A stretch of DNA of 59,274 nucleotides, filler included. It is 5 parts of 5 records of this genome, joined end to end, with 100 filler letters (N's around TTAATTAATTAA, not from the genome) between each part and the next. Parts side by side here need not be neighbours in the genome. Positions count along the whole stretch, not along the records: positions 43,263 to 50,519 come from SRR2962707_1749; positions 50,620 to 59,274 come from SRR2962707_1754; 3 more parts are not named here. One strand, given 5' to 3'. The translations under genes were made by a program, and so were the position numbers. Numbering within the stretch: position 1 is the stretch's first letter; the number at the start of each line of letters is the position of its first letter. Shown here piece by piece: positions 46,005 to 55,152 of this stretch. The notes under the pieces were generated by a model. The model was not told the DNA's origin. It did no database searches and was given only the letters and a program-made list of their open reading frames with translations.

Positions 46005-46591
46005 ATGTATATCAATTAAGAAAGCCAACAAATGCTTACGATGTAATTAACCTTGATATAATGGAAATGTCAAAACAGATAGTTAAGAACTCGAATAAGC
46101 CTTTGAGCGATAATATTATTCAAATCGTTATGAATGATGTCCCTAAAGGAAAAGCTACATTATCAGAGCTATCTCCTAATGGTTTTGAATGTAAGCATGA
46201 ACCAAGGGCAAAAAAGCAAAATTATGACGTTAATTTATACGGCTCATTTATAGTGCTGAATGAACCTGCTTATGAGTGCTTAAATGCCTCTTTAAGTGAA
46301 TTTGGTGAGTTCATTGATTTAAAGACTAATGGTGATAACTTATATTTGTTCAATCCATTAATATTTGCTCAAGAGGATTTGAGCCTAACAGAAAGAGCAT
46401 ACCTAGATGGCTTTGAAGATGGGTTAAAGTCACTTGTTTTTGATGATGAGGATATAAGCAATAAGCTTATTTTTAAATCGAAAATGCAATCAGGTCTGTC
46501 ACTTTACTGCACCGACGATTTCAAAAAATTAGTTAACGACAATAATTTGACTGGGTTAGTTTTTAATACTGACTTACTCACATATTTCTAA
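46001..46591 (+). CDS. putative immunity protein (Imm11/DUF1629-like)
   Basis: ATGA-coupled to the AHH gene; GEFIDL, LIFKS and LYCTDDFKKLV..NNLTGLVF C-terminal pattern. Confidence 0.7.
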   Translation: MNVYQLRKPTNAYDVINLDIMEMSKQIVKNSNKPLSDNIIQIVMNDVPKGKATLSELSPNGFECKHEPRAKKQNYDVNLYGSFIVLNEPAYECLNASLSEFGEFIDLKTNGDNLYLFNPLIFAQEDLSLTERAYLDGFEDGLKSLVFDDEDISNKLIFKSKMQSGLSLYCTDDFKKLVNDNNLTGLVFNTDLLTYF

Positions 46592-46594
46592 AAA

Positions 46595-47203
46595 CTAACG
46601 CTCTTGTAGAATACGCTCAAATTCTTTCATCGCTAATTGCTCAGCCTCGTTACGGCTGACAATCATTGTTGCAAAATCTGTTTGAATCGTTGCTAAAACT
46701 GCGGGCGGATTCATGCGTTTAATACGTGAAAACTGTTCTTCCTCGGTTTCATCGTAAGCGAGTATTGCTAAGGTGACTTTGTTACGATTAATGCCGTTTG
46801 CAAACATGCCTTCGGTGTCGAGACGAATTAACACGCGCTCTAATACTTGTAACCATTGTTGCCAGTGCTGTTGTGCTTGTTCATGAGTTACACTGAAATC
46901 TGTATCATTGAGTTCATAACAAGCTTCTTCAGTGCTGGTAAAGTATTCAGAGTAGGTTTCAAGTGAAGGAAAGTCATCCGGATTCCATTTTGCTAATAAA
47001 AAATCATCCTCTTCGCTATCGTATTCTTCTTCAAAGACTTCTTTTAAATCGGATAAAGTATTAAACATTGGCAGCAGGCTGTAGCTTCCAGTGTGATAAA
47101 ACCCGAGTACATAAACATCGTTACCGTGATCTTGTACAATTTTAGTGAATCCTGCTTTCGCGTCTAAATATAGGGTTTGTTCAAAGTTTTCTATATTATT
47201 CAT
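46595..47203 (-). CDS. DUF4303-like acidic protein
   Basis: KWNPDDF, LIRLDTEG.F and IKRMNPP pattern; AAGGAG RBS upstream. Confidence 0.7.
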   Translation of the reverse strand: MNNIENFEQTLYLDAKAGFTKIVQDHGNDVYVLGFYHTGSYSLLPMFNTLSDLKEVFEEEYDSEEDDFLLAKWNPDDFPSLETYSEYFTSTEEACYELNDTDFSVTHEQAQQHWQQWLQVLERVLIRLDTEGMFANGINRNKVTLAILAYDETEEEQFSRIKRMNPPAVLATIQTDFATMIVSRNEAEQLAMKEFERILQER

Positions 47204-47394
47204 CAAAATAATAACTCCTTTTAAGTGGGCTATTATTCTATAAATATATGAGGTGTTTTGCGAGGTCTATGTTTTACATAATAGCCAGAACTAAGCCTAG
47301 TTATTATGTTGTATGAATTAAATTTACTACCATTTTAAACGGTGATGTTTTACCTTGTTGTGCAGTAGTTTGTAACCGTTAAGGAAGGCTTTGG

Positions 47395-47733
47395 ATGCCT
47401 ATTTCAGTCGATAACGCTGAACATTATAACTGGGGGGATGACTGTGATGGCTGGCATTTAGTGAAAAGTGCGGCATTGAGTGTGATCCAAGAGCGAGTGC
47501 CGCCGGGCTGCTGTGAGCAGTCGCATAAGCATGAGTTTGCAGAGCAGTTCTTTTTTATACTTAAAGGGCAGGCTAGTTTGATAGTGGAAGCTGAAACGCA
47601 CATATTAAATCCGCAGCAGGGCTTGCATGTGCCTGCGGGGGTTGATCATCAACTATGTAATTATGGCCAAGATGATCTTGTGTTTATTGTTACTTCAACG
47701 CCGCCAAGTCATGGTGATAGAGTTAACCAATAA
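47395..47733 (+). CDS. cupin domain protein
   Basis: HYNWGDDCDGW, H-x-H..EQFF and VPAG..HQ cupin motifs. Confidence 0.92.
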   Translation: MPISVDNAEHYNWGDDCDGWHLVKSAALSVIQERVPPGCCEQSHKHEFAEQFFFILKGQASLIVEAETHILNPQQGLHVPAGVDHQLCNYGQDDLVFIVTSTPPSHGDRVNQ

Positions 47734-47776
47734 TACCAAAGGAGGCCTAGACCTCCTGGATTATTGGTTATATTTT

Positions 47777-47800
47777 ATCCTAGCATCCTAGCATCCTAGC
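47777..47800. repeat. 8-bp tandem repeat (ATCCTAGC)x3
   Basis: Directly after the reductase stop; a GGAGG-CCTAGA-CCTCC hairpin lies at 47741-47756. Confidence 0.85.
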
Positions 47801-47802
47801 AA

Positions 47803-49251
47803 CTAATTACCCGGGCCACATTCCATACATTGGTTAATAATGTCTGGGCCAAATTTAAGCTTGGCGTTTAAATCGCGTAGTGCGGTACGTAGGCCTTCTT
47901 CAATCACTGGGTGATAAAATGGCATATCGAGCATTTGCGGTACGGTCATTTTGTTTTGTACGGCCCATGCCAGTAAGTGAGCTATATGTTCAGCTTGTGG
48001 GCCAATAAACTCGGCACCTAAAAATAAGCCTGTGCCTTGCTCTGCGTATAAACGCATGTGGCCTTTATTTTTTAGCATTACGCGGCTGCGGCCTTGGTTT
48101 TCAAAGCTGACTTCGCCAATTTCAAAACAACCACATTCACCTAATCGCTGTGTTATTTGTTTATAGCTTTCACCTACCATGGCAATTTGTGGGTCGCTAA
48201 ATACCGCTGCAATGGCAGCGCGGCGCAGACCGTTACGTACATCAGGGAATCGCCCTGCGTTTTGCCCAGCAATAGTACCTTGATCGCTTGCTTCGTGTAG
48301 CAGTGGGATCATGTTACTGGCATCCCCGGCAATAAATATATTTGAATCGCCACACTGCATGGTGTGTTTATCCGCAATTGGTACGCCGCGTTCATCAAGC
48401 TCAATGCCGGTGTTTTCAAGGCCGAGTTTATCGGTGTTTGGTACGCGGCCTGTAGCGGCAAGCACATAATCAAATTGTTCGGTTTGTTTGTTACCGTTTT
48501 TGTCTACATAGCTAAGCTGGGCTTTATCGCCTACTTTTTGCATTTCAGAGACGTTTGAGTCGGTATCGACATAAAATTCTTCAGCGAATACGGTATTTGC
48601 GTAATCTTTTATAACAGGGTCGGTAATTGGGCCAATCGCGCCACCTACACCAAATAGTTTTACCTTTACACCTAAGCGGTGTAGCGCTTGGCCAATTTCA
48701 AGGCCAATTACACCAGGGCCAAATACAGCAACTGACTCTGGCAAATCCTGCCAATTGAATACGTCATCGTTAATGATCAGTCTGTCGCCAAAATTATTAA
48801 ATACCTCAGGGTATGCAGGGCGTGAGCCGGTAGCTATTACAAAACGCTTAGCGGTAATAATGGTATGGTCGTCGATTTGTACGCGGTTAGCATCTAGAAA
48901 TTTTGCGTAGCCTTTGATTTTATCTTCACTTGGTAACTCGTCTACGGCCTCAACCACAAAGCCTGCAAAGCGGTCGCGCTCGTTACGTACGCGCGCCATT
49001 ACTTCAACACCGTTTATAGTTGGTTTTGAGCTGTGCACACCAAAGGCTGGCGCGACGTCAATTGCGTGGGCGGCTTCTGCGGCAGCAATCAGTAATTTAC
49101 TTGGCATACAACCAACACGCGCACAGGTTGTGCCGTATGGGCCTGCTTCAATCATCAGTACATTTTTAGTGTGTTGTTTTGCGTTGCGATAAGCGCTTAA
49201 GCCTGCGGTGCCGGCACCAATTACAACAACATCTGTATTTAGTTCTTTCAT
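47803..49251 (-). CDS. class I pyridine nucleotide-disulfide oxidoreductase (dihydrolipoyl-dehydrogenase-like, peroxiredoxin-associated)
   Basis: GAGTAG, TTCARVGCMPSK redox centre, ATGR.PN, HPVIEE; C-terminal CMECGPG. Confidence 0.93.
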   Translation of the reverse strand: MKELNTDVVVIGAGTAGLSAYRNAKQHTKNVLMIEAGPYGTTCARVGCMPSKLLIAAAEAAHAIDVAPAFGVHSSKPTINGVEVMARVRNERDRFAGFVVEAVDELPSEDKIKGYAKFLDANRVQIDDHTIITAKRFVIATGSRPAYPEVFNNFGDRLIINDDVFNWQDLPESVAVFGPGVIGLEIGQALHRLGVKVKLFGVGGAIGPITDPVIKDYANTVFAEEFYVDTDSNVSEMQKVGDKAQLSYVDKNGNKQTEQFDYVLAATGRVPNTDKLGLENTGIELDERGVPIADKHTMQCGDSNIFIAGDASNMIPLLHEASDQGTIAGQNAGRFPDVRNGLRRAAIAAVFSDPQIAMVGESYKQITQRLGECGCFEIGEVSFENQGRSRVMLKNKGHMRLYAEQGTGLFLGAEFIGPQAEHIAHLLAWAVQNKMTVPQMLDMPFYHPVIEEGLRTALRDLNAKLKFGPDIINQCMECGPGN

Positions 49252-49378
49252 GGTGATGTCCTCAATACCAATTTTATTAAAAAACTGGTTTTTAAATTAG
49301 TTAATAAAATAGGTATTTACAAAAGGGTATGGATAGGGGCATTACTGCCCCTTATTACGTGCTTAAGGTATTAGTTAA

Positions 49379-50107
49379 TTAAGCAAAGTATTTTTCTAAA
49401 TCGTCAGAGCCACCAATGTGCTTACCGCCGATAAATACTTGTGGCACGGTTTCACGGCCTGAGATTGCTTTAAGGCTCGTTAATGATGCGCCTGCGCCCA
49501 TTACGATTTCCTCATACACAAGACCTTTCTCGTCTAATAATGCTTTCGCTTTTTTACAGAAAGGGCAGCCTGATTTAGTGAATAAGCTTACCGCTTCAGG
49601 TTTTACTTGTTTAGGGTTGATGTAATCAAGCATAGTGTCAGCGTCAGATACTTCAAACGGGTCGCCTGGTAAGTCTGGCTCGATGAACATTTTTTCAATT
49701 ACGCCATCTTTTACCAGCATTGAATAGCGCCAGCTACGTTTGCCAAAGCCTAAATCGTTTTTATCAACCAACATGCCCATACCGTCAGTGAATTCACCGT
49801 TACCATCAGGTAATACAGTAATATTTTGTGCTTCTTGGTTTTCTGCCCATGCATTCATTACAAAGGTATCGTTTACTGATACACATACTATGTCGTCAAC
49901 ACCATTTTGCTTAAGTACACCAGCTAACTCGTTGTAGCGTGGTAAATGTGTTGATGAACAGGTTGGTGTAAATGCACCTGGTAGTGAAAACACTACAACT
50001 GTTTTACCTTTAAAAATTTCGTCAGTAGTTACAGATTTCCATTCATCGTTTACGCGAGTTGCGAATGTAACCTGTGGAATTGTTTGACCTTCAATATTGT
50101 TTAACAT
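49379..50107 (-). CDS. hybrid peroxiredoxin (Prx5)-glutaredoxin
   Basis: PGAFTPTCS peroxidatic Cys and CPFC glutaredoxin domain; GAGG RBS supports the 50107 start. Confidence 0.96.
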   Translation of the reverse strand: MLNNIEGQTIPQVTFATRVNDEWKSVTTDEIFKGKTVVVFSLPGAFTPTCSSTHLPRYNELAGVLKQNGVDDIVCVSVNDTFVMNAWAENQEAQNITVLPDGNGEFTDGMGMLVDKNDLGFGKRSWRYSMLVKDGVIEKMFIEPDLPGDPFEVSDADTMLDYINPKQVKPEAVSLFTKSGCPFCKKAKALLDEKGLVYEEIVMGAGASLTSLKAISGRETVPQVFIGGKHIGGSDDLEKYFA

Positions 50108-50167
50108 GTTTTTAGTTCCTCTTGATTTGTTGATAGCCATTATGTCGTGAAAGTTATAATAGCTCCA

Positions 50168-50204
50168 ATCGTTTGTTTATATTACTATGATAGGTATTAC
50201 CGAT
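50168..50204. promoter_or_regulatory. OxyR binding site
   Basis: ATCG-N7-ATAT-N7-ATAG-N7-CGAT versus consensus ATAG-N7-CTAT-N7-ATAG-N7-CTAT (13/16), between the divergent prx and oxyR genes. Confidence 0.8.
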
Positions 50205-50220
50205 TAGTTGTGAGTTTGCT

Positions 50221-50519
50221 ATGAATTTAAAAGACCTTGAATATGTAAAAGCAATTGCGCACTTTAAGCATTTTCGTAAAGCCGCAGATGCCTGTTATGT
50301 GAGTCAACCGACTCTCAGTGGCCAAGTTAAAAAATTAGAGCTGGAGCTAGGAGTAACCTTATTTGACCGCTCTACTAAGCAAGTTACTTTAACGGTGCAA
50401 GGTGAACGTTTGTTGACACAAATAAAAGTGATTTTAGAGCAAACCCAAATATTAAAAGAGCTAGCGGCAACATCGAGTGCGCCACTTCAAGGTAAAGTAA
50501 GAATAGGCATTATTCCAAC
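50221..50519 (+). CDS. oxyR: OxyR, 3' truncated by contig end
   Basis: MNLKDLEY..HFRKAADACYVSQPTLSGQVKKLE; divergent from prx-grx. Confidence 0.92.
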
Positions 50520-50619
50520 NNNNNNNNNNNNNNNNNNNNNNNNNNNNNNNNNNNNNNNNNNNNTTAATTAATTAANNNNNNNNNNNNNNNNNNNNNNNNN
50601 NNNNNNNNNNNNNNNNNNN
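50520..50619. other. artificial contig spacer
   Basis: N44-TTAATTAATTAA-N44. Confidence 0.99.
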
Positions 50620-50727
50620 GTCACGGATGAAATCACGGCATCAGCGATGAGCCACTTAAGCCAAGCTAAAACACTTAAAGACCGCGCAACTGACTTAAAT
50701 GACAAAGTCGCCACTTTTATCCTATAG
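50620..50727 (+). CDS. C-terminal fragment, probably a methyl-accepting chemotaxis protein
   Basis: VTDEITASAMSHLSQAKTLKDRATDLNDKVATFIL*, an MCP-like heptad tail followed by a terminator. Confidence 0.6.
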   Translation, partial: VTDEITASAMSHLSQAKTLKDRATDLNDKVATFIL

Positions 50728-50738
50728 ATTGTTGATAT

Positions 50739-50776
50739 AGCTAGTAGGGCGGATACAGCCCCGCTAGCTTCTTTTT
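50739..50776 (+). terminator. intrinsic terminator
   Basis: AGCTAGTAGGGC/GCCCCGCTAGCT stem plus T-tract. Confidence 0.75.
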
Positions 50777-50906
50777 AGTTTTAAGTGGTAAGTTTTATGG
50801 AGTCAGATCACTATTTTCTTGCCCTATTGCGAAACATTATAGAAAAGAGCTTCAAGTGAATTATTCACAAAGAGGTTAAGAGGCGCAGCGCTTTAGAGTT
50901 ATCAAC

Positions 50907-50937
50907 GTAGGTTGGTTTGAACGCAGCGAAATTCAAC
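50907..50937 (+). repeat. GTAG-family REP-like palindrome
   Basis: GTAG-GTTGGTTT-GAACGCAGC-GAAATTCAAC; a related inverted copy lies at 59244-59274. Confidence 0.6.
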
Positions 50938-51026
50938 GAAAATATCCAACCAATGAATACCAGTATTTTGCATTATCGGTCGTCTAAAGTAAGTGGTCGT
51001 TAACTATGAAGTCTGAAGTCAAGATT

Positions 51027-51064
51027 TGACCCTCTGGATTCTGACCCTCTGGATTCTCTGGATT
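51027..51064 (+). repeat. 15-bp tandem duplication plus partial third copy
   Basis: TGACCCTCTGGATTC x2 then TCTGGATT; (TGAAGTC)x2 at 51007-51020. Confidence 0.9.
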
Positions 51065-51069
51065 TTTAA

Positions 51070-51291
51070 GGTATTTCACAAAAAGTGTTGTCACAAAAAC
51101 TAAAACAATTAGAGCGAGATGGATTGATTACTCGTACTGCGTTTGCAACAGTTCCGGTCACTGTCGAGTATCGTTTAACCGAAATGGGGCATGGCTTTTC
51201 AGAAACAATTGATCAATTTGCCCGCTGGGCAGAACAAAATATACAACAGGTTAAGCTAGCACAAAAAAAATATGATACTTCTAATACGTAG
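51070..51291 (+). pseudogene. 5'-truncated HxlR-family winged-helix regulator
   Basis: GISQKVLSQKLKQLERDGLITR..VPVTVEYRLT; in-frame TAA immediately upstream, N-terminal helices missing. Confidence 0.8.
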
Positions 51292-51548
51292 AAGTATCAT
51301 ATTTACCGTCTTTTCGGCTGATACGTAAAATAAAAAACGCATAGGGTCTTACGTTTCTATATTGCCAACTCTTCTGTATTAATAAAATGGTATCTATGGT
51401 CTATTTTCAACTGATGAGCAGCGAGGTTTTATTCTAGTAAGCTGAGACTTATACTAGCGTGTGAATCTACTATTGTTTATTTTTTACTTTGGGTGAGACA
51501 TCTTAGTAATAAATTATTATTTTGAGAGCCACTAAAGTTTTAAATATG

Positions 51549-52466
51549 TTAATCACTTTTTTTTCTGTTAATCATCATCTTCTCAACCATATAATCGACA
51601 AATACTCGTATTCTTGCCGGGATATTTTTACCACCGATAAAAACTGCATGAATGGCCTCACGGTCCTGCGGATTATATTCTTCCAATAACGGTACCAGTT
51701 GGCCGTTTGCCAGAGCCTGTTGAACATGAAAACTACCTACTCTGGTAATACCTATACCTTGTAGCGCAAGTTCCACAAGAGTTTCACCATTGTTTGCAAT
51801 GATATTGCCGTTTACGGCTAACATAAAATCGTTGCCATTTTCACGAAACGGCCAACCAGGCTCTAAGCGACGGAAGCTAAAGTCTAAGCAATTGTGATGT
51901 GCTAAATCAGCCGGAATTTTTGGTATCCCCGCGCTTGCCAGATATTCAGGTGACGCCACCACAATTCTTCCCGTTTCGCCAAGACGCCGCACATGTAGGC
52001 CATTATCTGCCACATGCCCAAATCGAATAGCAACATCGATATGACCCGCACTGACATCGCGGATTTGATCTGACACATCAATTTCAATAGAAATTTCAGG
52101 GTAGCGTTGCAGAAACTCTTTCATTAAAGGCACGATTGTCAGGCGACTGTATGCTGTTGCGGTACTGACCTTGATAGTGCCACTAGGGCTGCCGCGGTTG
52201 GCAATCATTGTTTCTGTATCGTCTAAATCTTTCAGTATACGCCGGGCAGAAAGCGCATAAGATTCACCTTCGCTAGTTAAGCGCAGACGGCGGGTGCTTC
52301 GGACAATTAGCCTGACACCAAGGCGTTTTTCAAGTCGGCTTATAATTCGGCTGATTGCGGAAGGGGTAAGCTCCAATTCTCTGGCAGTAGCACTAAAGCT
52401 ACCGGTACATGCAACGGATAAAAAGGTTTCCATTTCAGCAGTTCTATCCGGGTTTCTGCGACTCAT
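51549..52466 (-). CDS. LysR-family regulator (CrgA/DmlR-like)
   Basis: GSFSATARELELTPSAISR HTH; VASPEYL..G.P.; divergent from the MFS gene. Confidence 0.93.
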   Translation of the reverse strand: MSRRNPDRTAEMETFLSVACTGSFSATARELELTPSAISRIISRLEKRLGVRLIVRSTRRLRLTSEGESYALSARRILKDLDDTETMIANRGSPSGTIKVSTATAYSRLTIVPLMKEFLQRYPEISIEIDVSDQIRDVSAGHIDVAIRFGHVADNGLHVRRLGETGRIVVASPEYLASAGIPKIPADLAHHNCLDFSFRRLEPGWPFRENGNDFMLAVNGNIIANNGETLVELALQGIGITRVGSFHVQQALANGQLVPLLEEYNPQDREAIHAVFIGGKNIPARIRVFVDYMVEKMMINRKKSD

Positions 52467-52564
52467 TTGTGACTCCAATGCAAAACTGAATGTATCTAAT
52501 GCTACTTTTTCTAGATTTTTTTATCAGTTATATTCTCCTGCATCACAAATTAACGAGATTTCAA

Positions 52565-53740
52565 ATGAAAATCAACTTTCCTTTACTGGCGCTTTCGTTC
52601 GGCGCTTTTGGTATTGGCGTGACGGAGTTTTCCCCGATGGGAATGTTACCTGTCATTGCCAATGATTTAGCTGTTTCTATCCCTATCGCTGGGATGTTAA
52701 TCAGCGCCTATGCATTTGGTGTACTGGTTGGTGCTCCTTTAATGACCTTAATATTTGTTAATATGGCCCGTCGAAACTTACTACTGCTATCAATGGCAAT
52801 TTTTACATTCGGTAATTTGATATCTGCGATGGCCGACAGTTACAACGTGTTACTTCTGGGGCGTATTATTACTTCATTGAATCACGGCACTTTTTTCGGA
52901 GTTGGCGCTATTGTTGCGATGAGTGTGGTACAACCAGAGAAACGTGCGGGCGCAGTAGCAGCCATGTTTTCAGGCTTGACTATTGCCATAATAGGAGGGG
53001 TACCACTCGCGTCCTATGTTGGTGAAGTAATAGGCTGGCGACCAGCTTTTTTTGTAATGGCTGCTATTGGCTTAATTACCATGGTTGCGTTACGTATTTC
53101 ATTACCGCCAATTGTTAATGAGCGCAAGACGAATGTTCGGGATGAACTGCGGGTATTAACTAAAGGGACGGTGTTATCCGCGCTGTTATTAACTGTTGTT
53201 AGTTCAAGTGCCATGTTCACTGTGTTTACGTATATAGTGCCAATTTTGCAGGTTGAAACTCAAGCTTCAACCATTTTTGTCACTGCGATGCTAGTTTTAT
53301 ATGGCGTGGGGTTGTCACTTGGTAATTATATTGGCGGCCGCTATGCCGATCGCTCACTGGGTTTAACATTGATATTTTCTTTAATAGCCGTAGCTATATT
53401 ACTGGTGCTTTTTGCGATTACGGTATCATCGAAGATTATTGTCGGCCCATTAATATTTTTATGGGGAATAGCTAGTTTTGCGCTGGTGCCGCCATTGCAG
53501 TCTTTAGTCGTGCAGGAAGCAAAAGAGGCGCCAAGTTTAGCCTCGGCAATGAATATAGGTGCTTTTAATCTTGGTAACGCCTTAGGTGCAATGCTTGGGG
53601 CTGCAATGATCAGTGCCGACTTTAGCTTGAGAACAGTCCCATTGGCTGGGGCTGGCACCGCTATTTTGGGGCTCATAATGGTCTTACTATTCGGGCATAG
53701 TCGCAATCGGAGAGGGAAACCCGTGCCGGAGGCATGTTGA
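52565..53740 (+). CDS. MFS transporter (DHA1, YdhP/NepI-like)
   Basis: FGIGVTEF..MGMLP, about 12 TM helices, GGRYADR and NIGAFNLGNALG; start reassigned to 52565. Confidence 0.93.
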   Translation: MKINFPLLALSFGAFGIGVTEFSPMGMLPVIANDLAVSIPIAGMLISAYAFGVLVGAPLMTLIFVNMARRNLLLLSMAIFTFGNLISAMADSYNVLLLGRIITSLNHGTFFGVGAIVAMSVVQPEKRAGAVAAMFSGLTIAIIGGVPLASYVGEVIGWRPAFFVMAAIGLITMVALRISLPPIVNERKTNVRDELRVLTKGTVLSALLLTVVSSSAMFTVFTYIVPILQVETQASTIFVTAMLVLYGVGLSLGNYIGGRYADRSLGLTLIFSLIAVAILLVLFAITVSSKIIVGPLIFLWGIASFALVPPLQSLVVQEAKEAPSLASAMNIGAFNLGNALGAMLGAAMISADFSLRTVPLAGAGTAILGLIMVLLFGHSRNRRGKPVPEAC

Positions 53741-53747
53741 TAAATAA

Positions 53748-53810
53748 TCGTGGCTAACTTGATTACATCTACTATAAATAGTCGCCGCCCAGATATGCTG
53801 GGCAGCGTAA
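53748..53810 (-). mobile_element. possible remnant of an IS110-family non-coding end
   Basis: Minus strand reads ACGCTGCCCAGCATATCTGGGGCGGCGACTATTTATAGTAGATGTAATCAAGTTAGCCACGA. The hairpin is seen directly; the resemblance to IS110 ends is from memory only. Confidence 0.4.
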
Positions 53811-54178
53811 TATTTGTACTCAACAGTAATGCTACTAAAATGATGTTTTAAAAGCTGGTTTCATCAGGACTTTCAGTAAGAGCATTTCTTCCTTAAATGC
53901 AATTTTAGGTGTTACCTTCAGCCCATCCCTTCGAAAGCAAGAATTGACATTTCATCCCAAATCATTTGAATAAGATTCTAAATGAATCAATTTATGGCGC
54001 GTGACTCAAGGTTTGGGCTGGCGCCCTGTGGACAGCGTATCGACCTCCTTTTTTGCCGCCCAAAAACTTGGTGACAAAGCACTTATCCCTTCCGGCTCGC
54101 GACGACCAACTACAGTGTGCTGCTGGTTATTTTGAGTTACTTGAATATATTATTTCACTCAGGCTGTTGGACAAAATA

Positions 54179-55075
54179 CTAAAACACTGCTTCGTTCAGC
54201 ATCGCGACAAACCATGCTATTAAGGGATTTTGAGCAGAACGTGGATGCCAAGCCACTATTATATCGAATCCTGGTGGCCTTAGGTTGCCTTCAAGATTAA
54301 CTATGGACAATCGAGAATCAGGTAATAATCTTGAAGGTAAAAAAGCCAAAGCCCCCGTGGCGACCAAAATATCTGGGATGAGCAAAAAGTGTGGTGCCGA
54401 CAGGATGGTCTTCCGTTTCAAGCCTAGCTCTGTAAACCAGCTGTCAGCTGAACCCACCAAATTTCCTCTGCGGGGAGAGACCACAACCTGCGGCTCCATG
54501 GCTAGTCGCTCGATTCCGTGTTTTCCTCGTGTAAATAACGACCCTTTGGCCGCCACACACACATATTCTTCTCTGAATAAGACACGTCTTGGGTAATGTG
54601 ATGGCACATAATCATTGATTGATACCACCAAATCGATATCGCCAGCCCCCATCTTGGTAGACAGTGAATCCACCTCCAAGTCAGACAACACGAGCTTTAG
54701 ACCCGGCGCTTGCTGCTGCACACTCGCCAGGCTAGGTGTAACTGCAACTGCATGCGCATAGTCTGCTGCTGACACATTTAACGTGGCGTGGACCGCAGCC
54801 GGGTCAAAGACCCCACGGTGAACTAGACGCTCGAGCGAAGCAAGGATGCTCTCCATCTCCGTACCTAACTCAAGAGCGAGGTCGGTCGGGGTCACTCCTC
54901 GCCCGTTGCGTAAAAAGAGAGGGTCTTGAAACACATCACGCAGAGCGGCCAAATTTGCACTGATCGCCTGTTGTGTTAAGCCAATTTCTTGTGCAACGCG
55001 ACTCATGTTTCCATCTTTGAGTAGAGCGACAAACACCCGTAGCTGTCTTGCATTGAGACGTGATGCGACACTCAT
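54179..55075 (-). CDS. LysR-family regulator (NodD/LeuO-like)
   Basis: LTQQAISANLAALRDVFQDPLFLRNGRGVTPT; C-terminal WHPR. Confidence 0.93.
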   Translation of the reverse strand: MSVASRLNARQLRVFVALLKDGNMSRVAQEIGLTQQAISANLAALRDVFQDPLFLRNGRGVTPTDLALELGTEMESILASLERLVHRGVFDPAAVHATLNVSAADYAHAVAVTPSLASVQQQAPGLKLVLSDLEVDSLSTKMGAGDIDLVVSINDYVPSHYPRRVLFREEYVCVAAKGSLFTRGKHGIERLAMEPQVVVSPRRGNLVGSADSWFTELGLKRKTILSAPHFLLIPDILVATGALAFLPSRLLPDSRLSIVNLEGNLRPPGFDIIVAWHPRSAQNPLIAWFVAMLNEAVF

Positions 55076-55152
55076 ATTTTTTGTATCCGAAACAGTAAAT
55101 ATTTGTTGGTAATTGTATCAGTTCTAGCACAAAGTTACACCTTCTCAATCTC

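Noticed and set aside
51027..51064. Possible CRISPR array here or at 44984-45035 and 47777-47800
   Set aside because: Repeats are too short or too few, lack unique spacers of CRISPR length, and no cas genes are present.
50221..51291. oxyR linked to the MCP fragment and the downstream island
   Set aside because: Separated by an artificial spacer; adjacency is not real.
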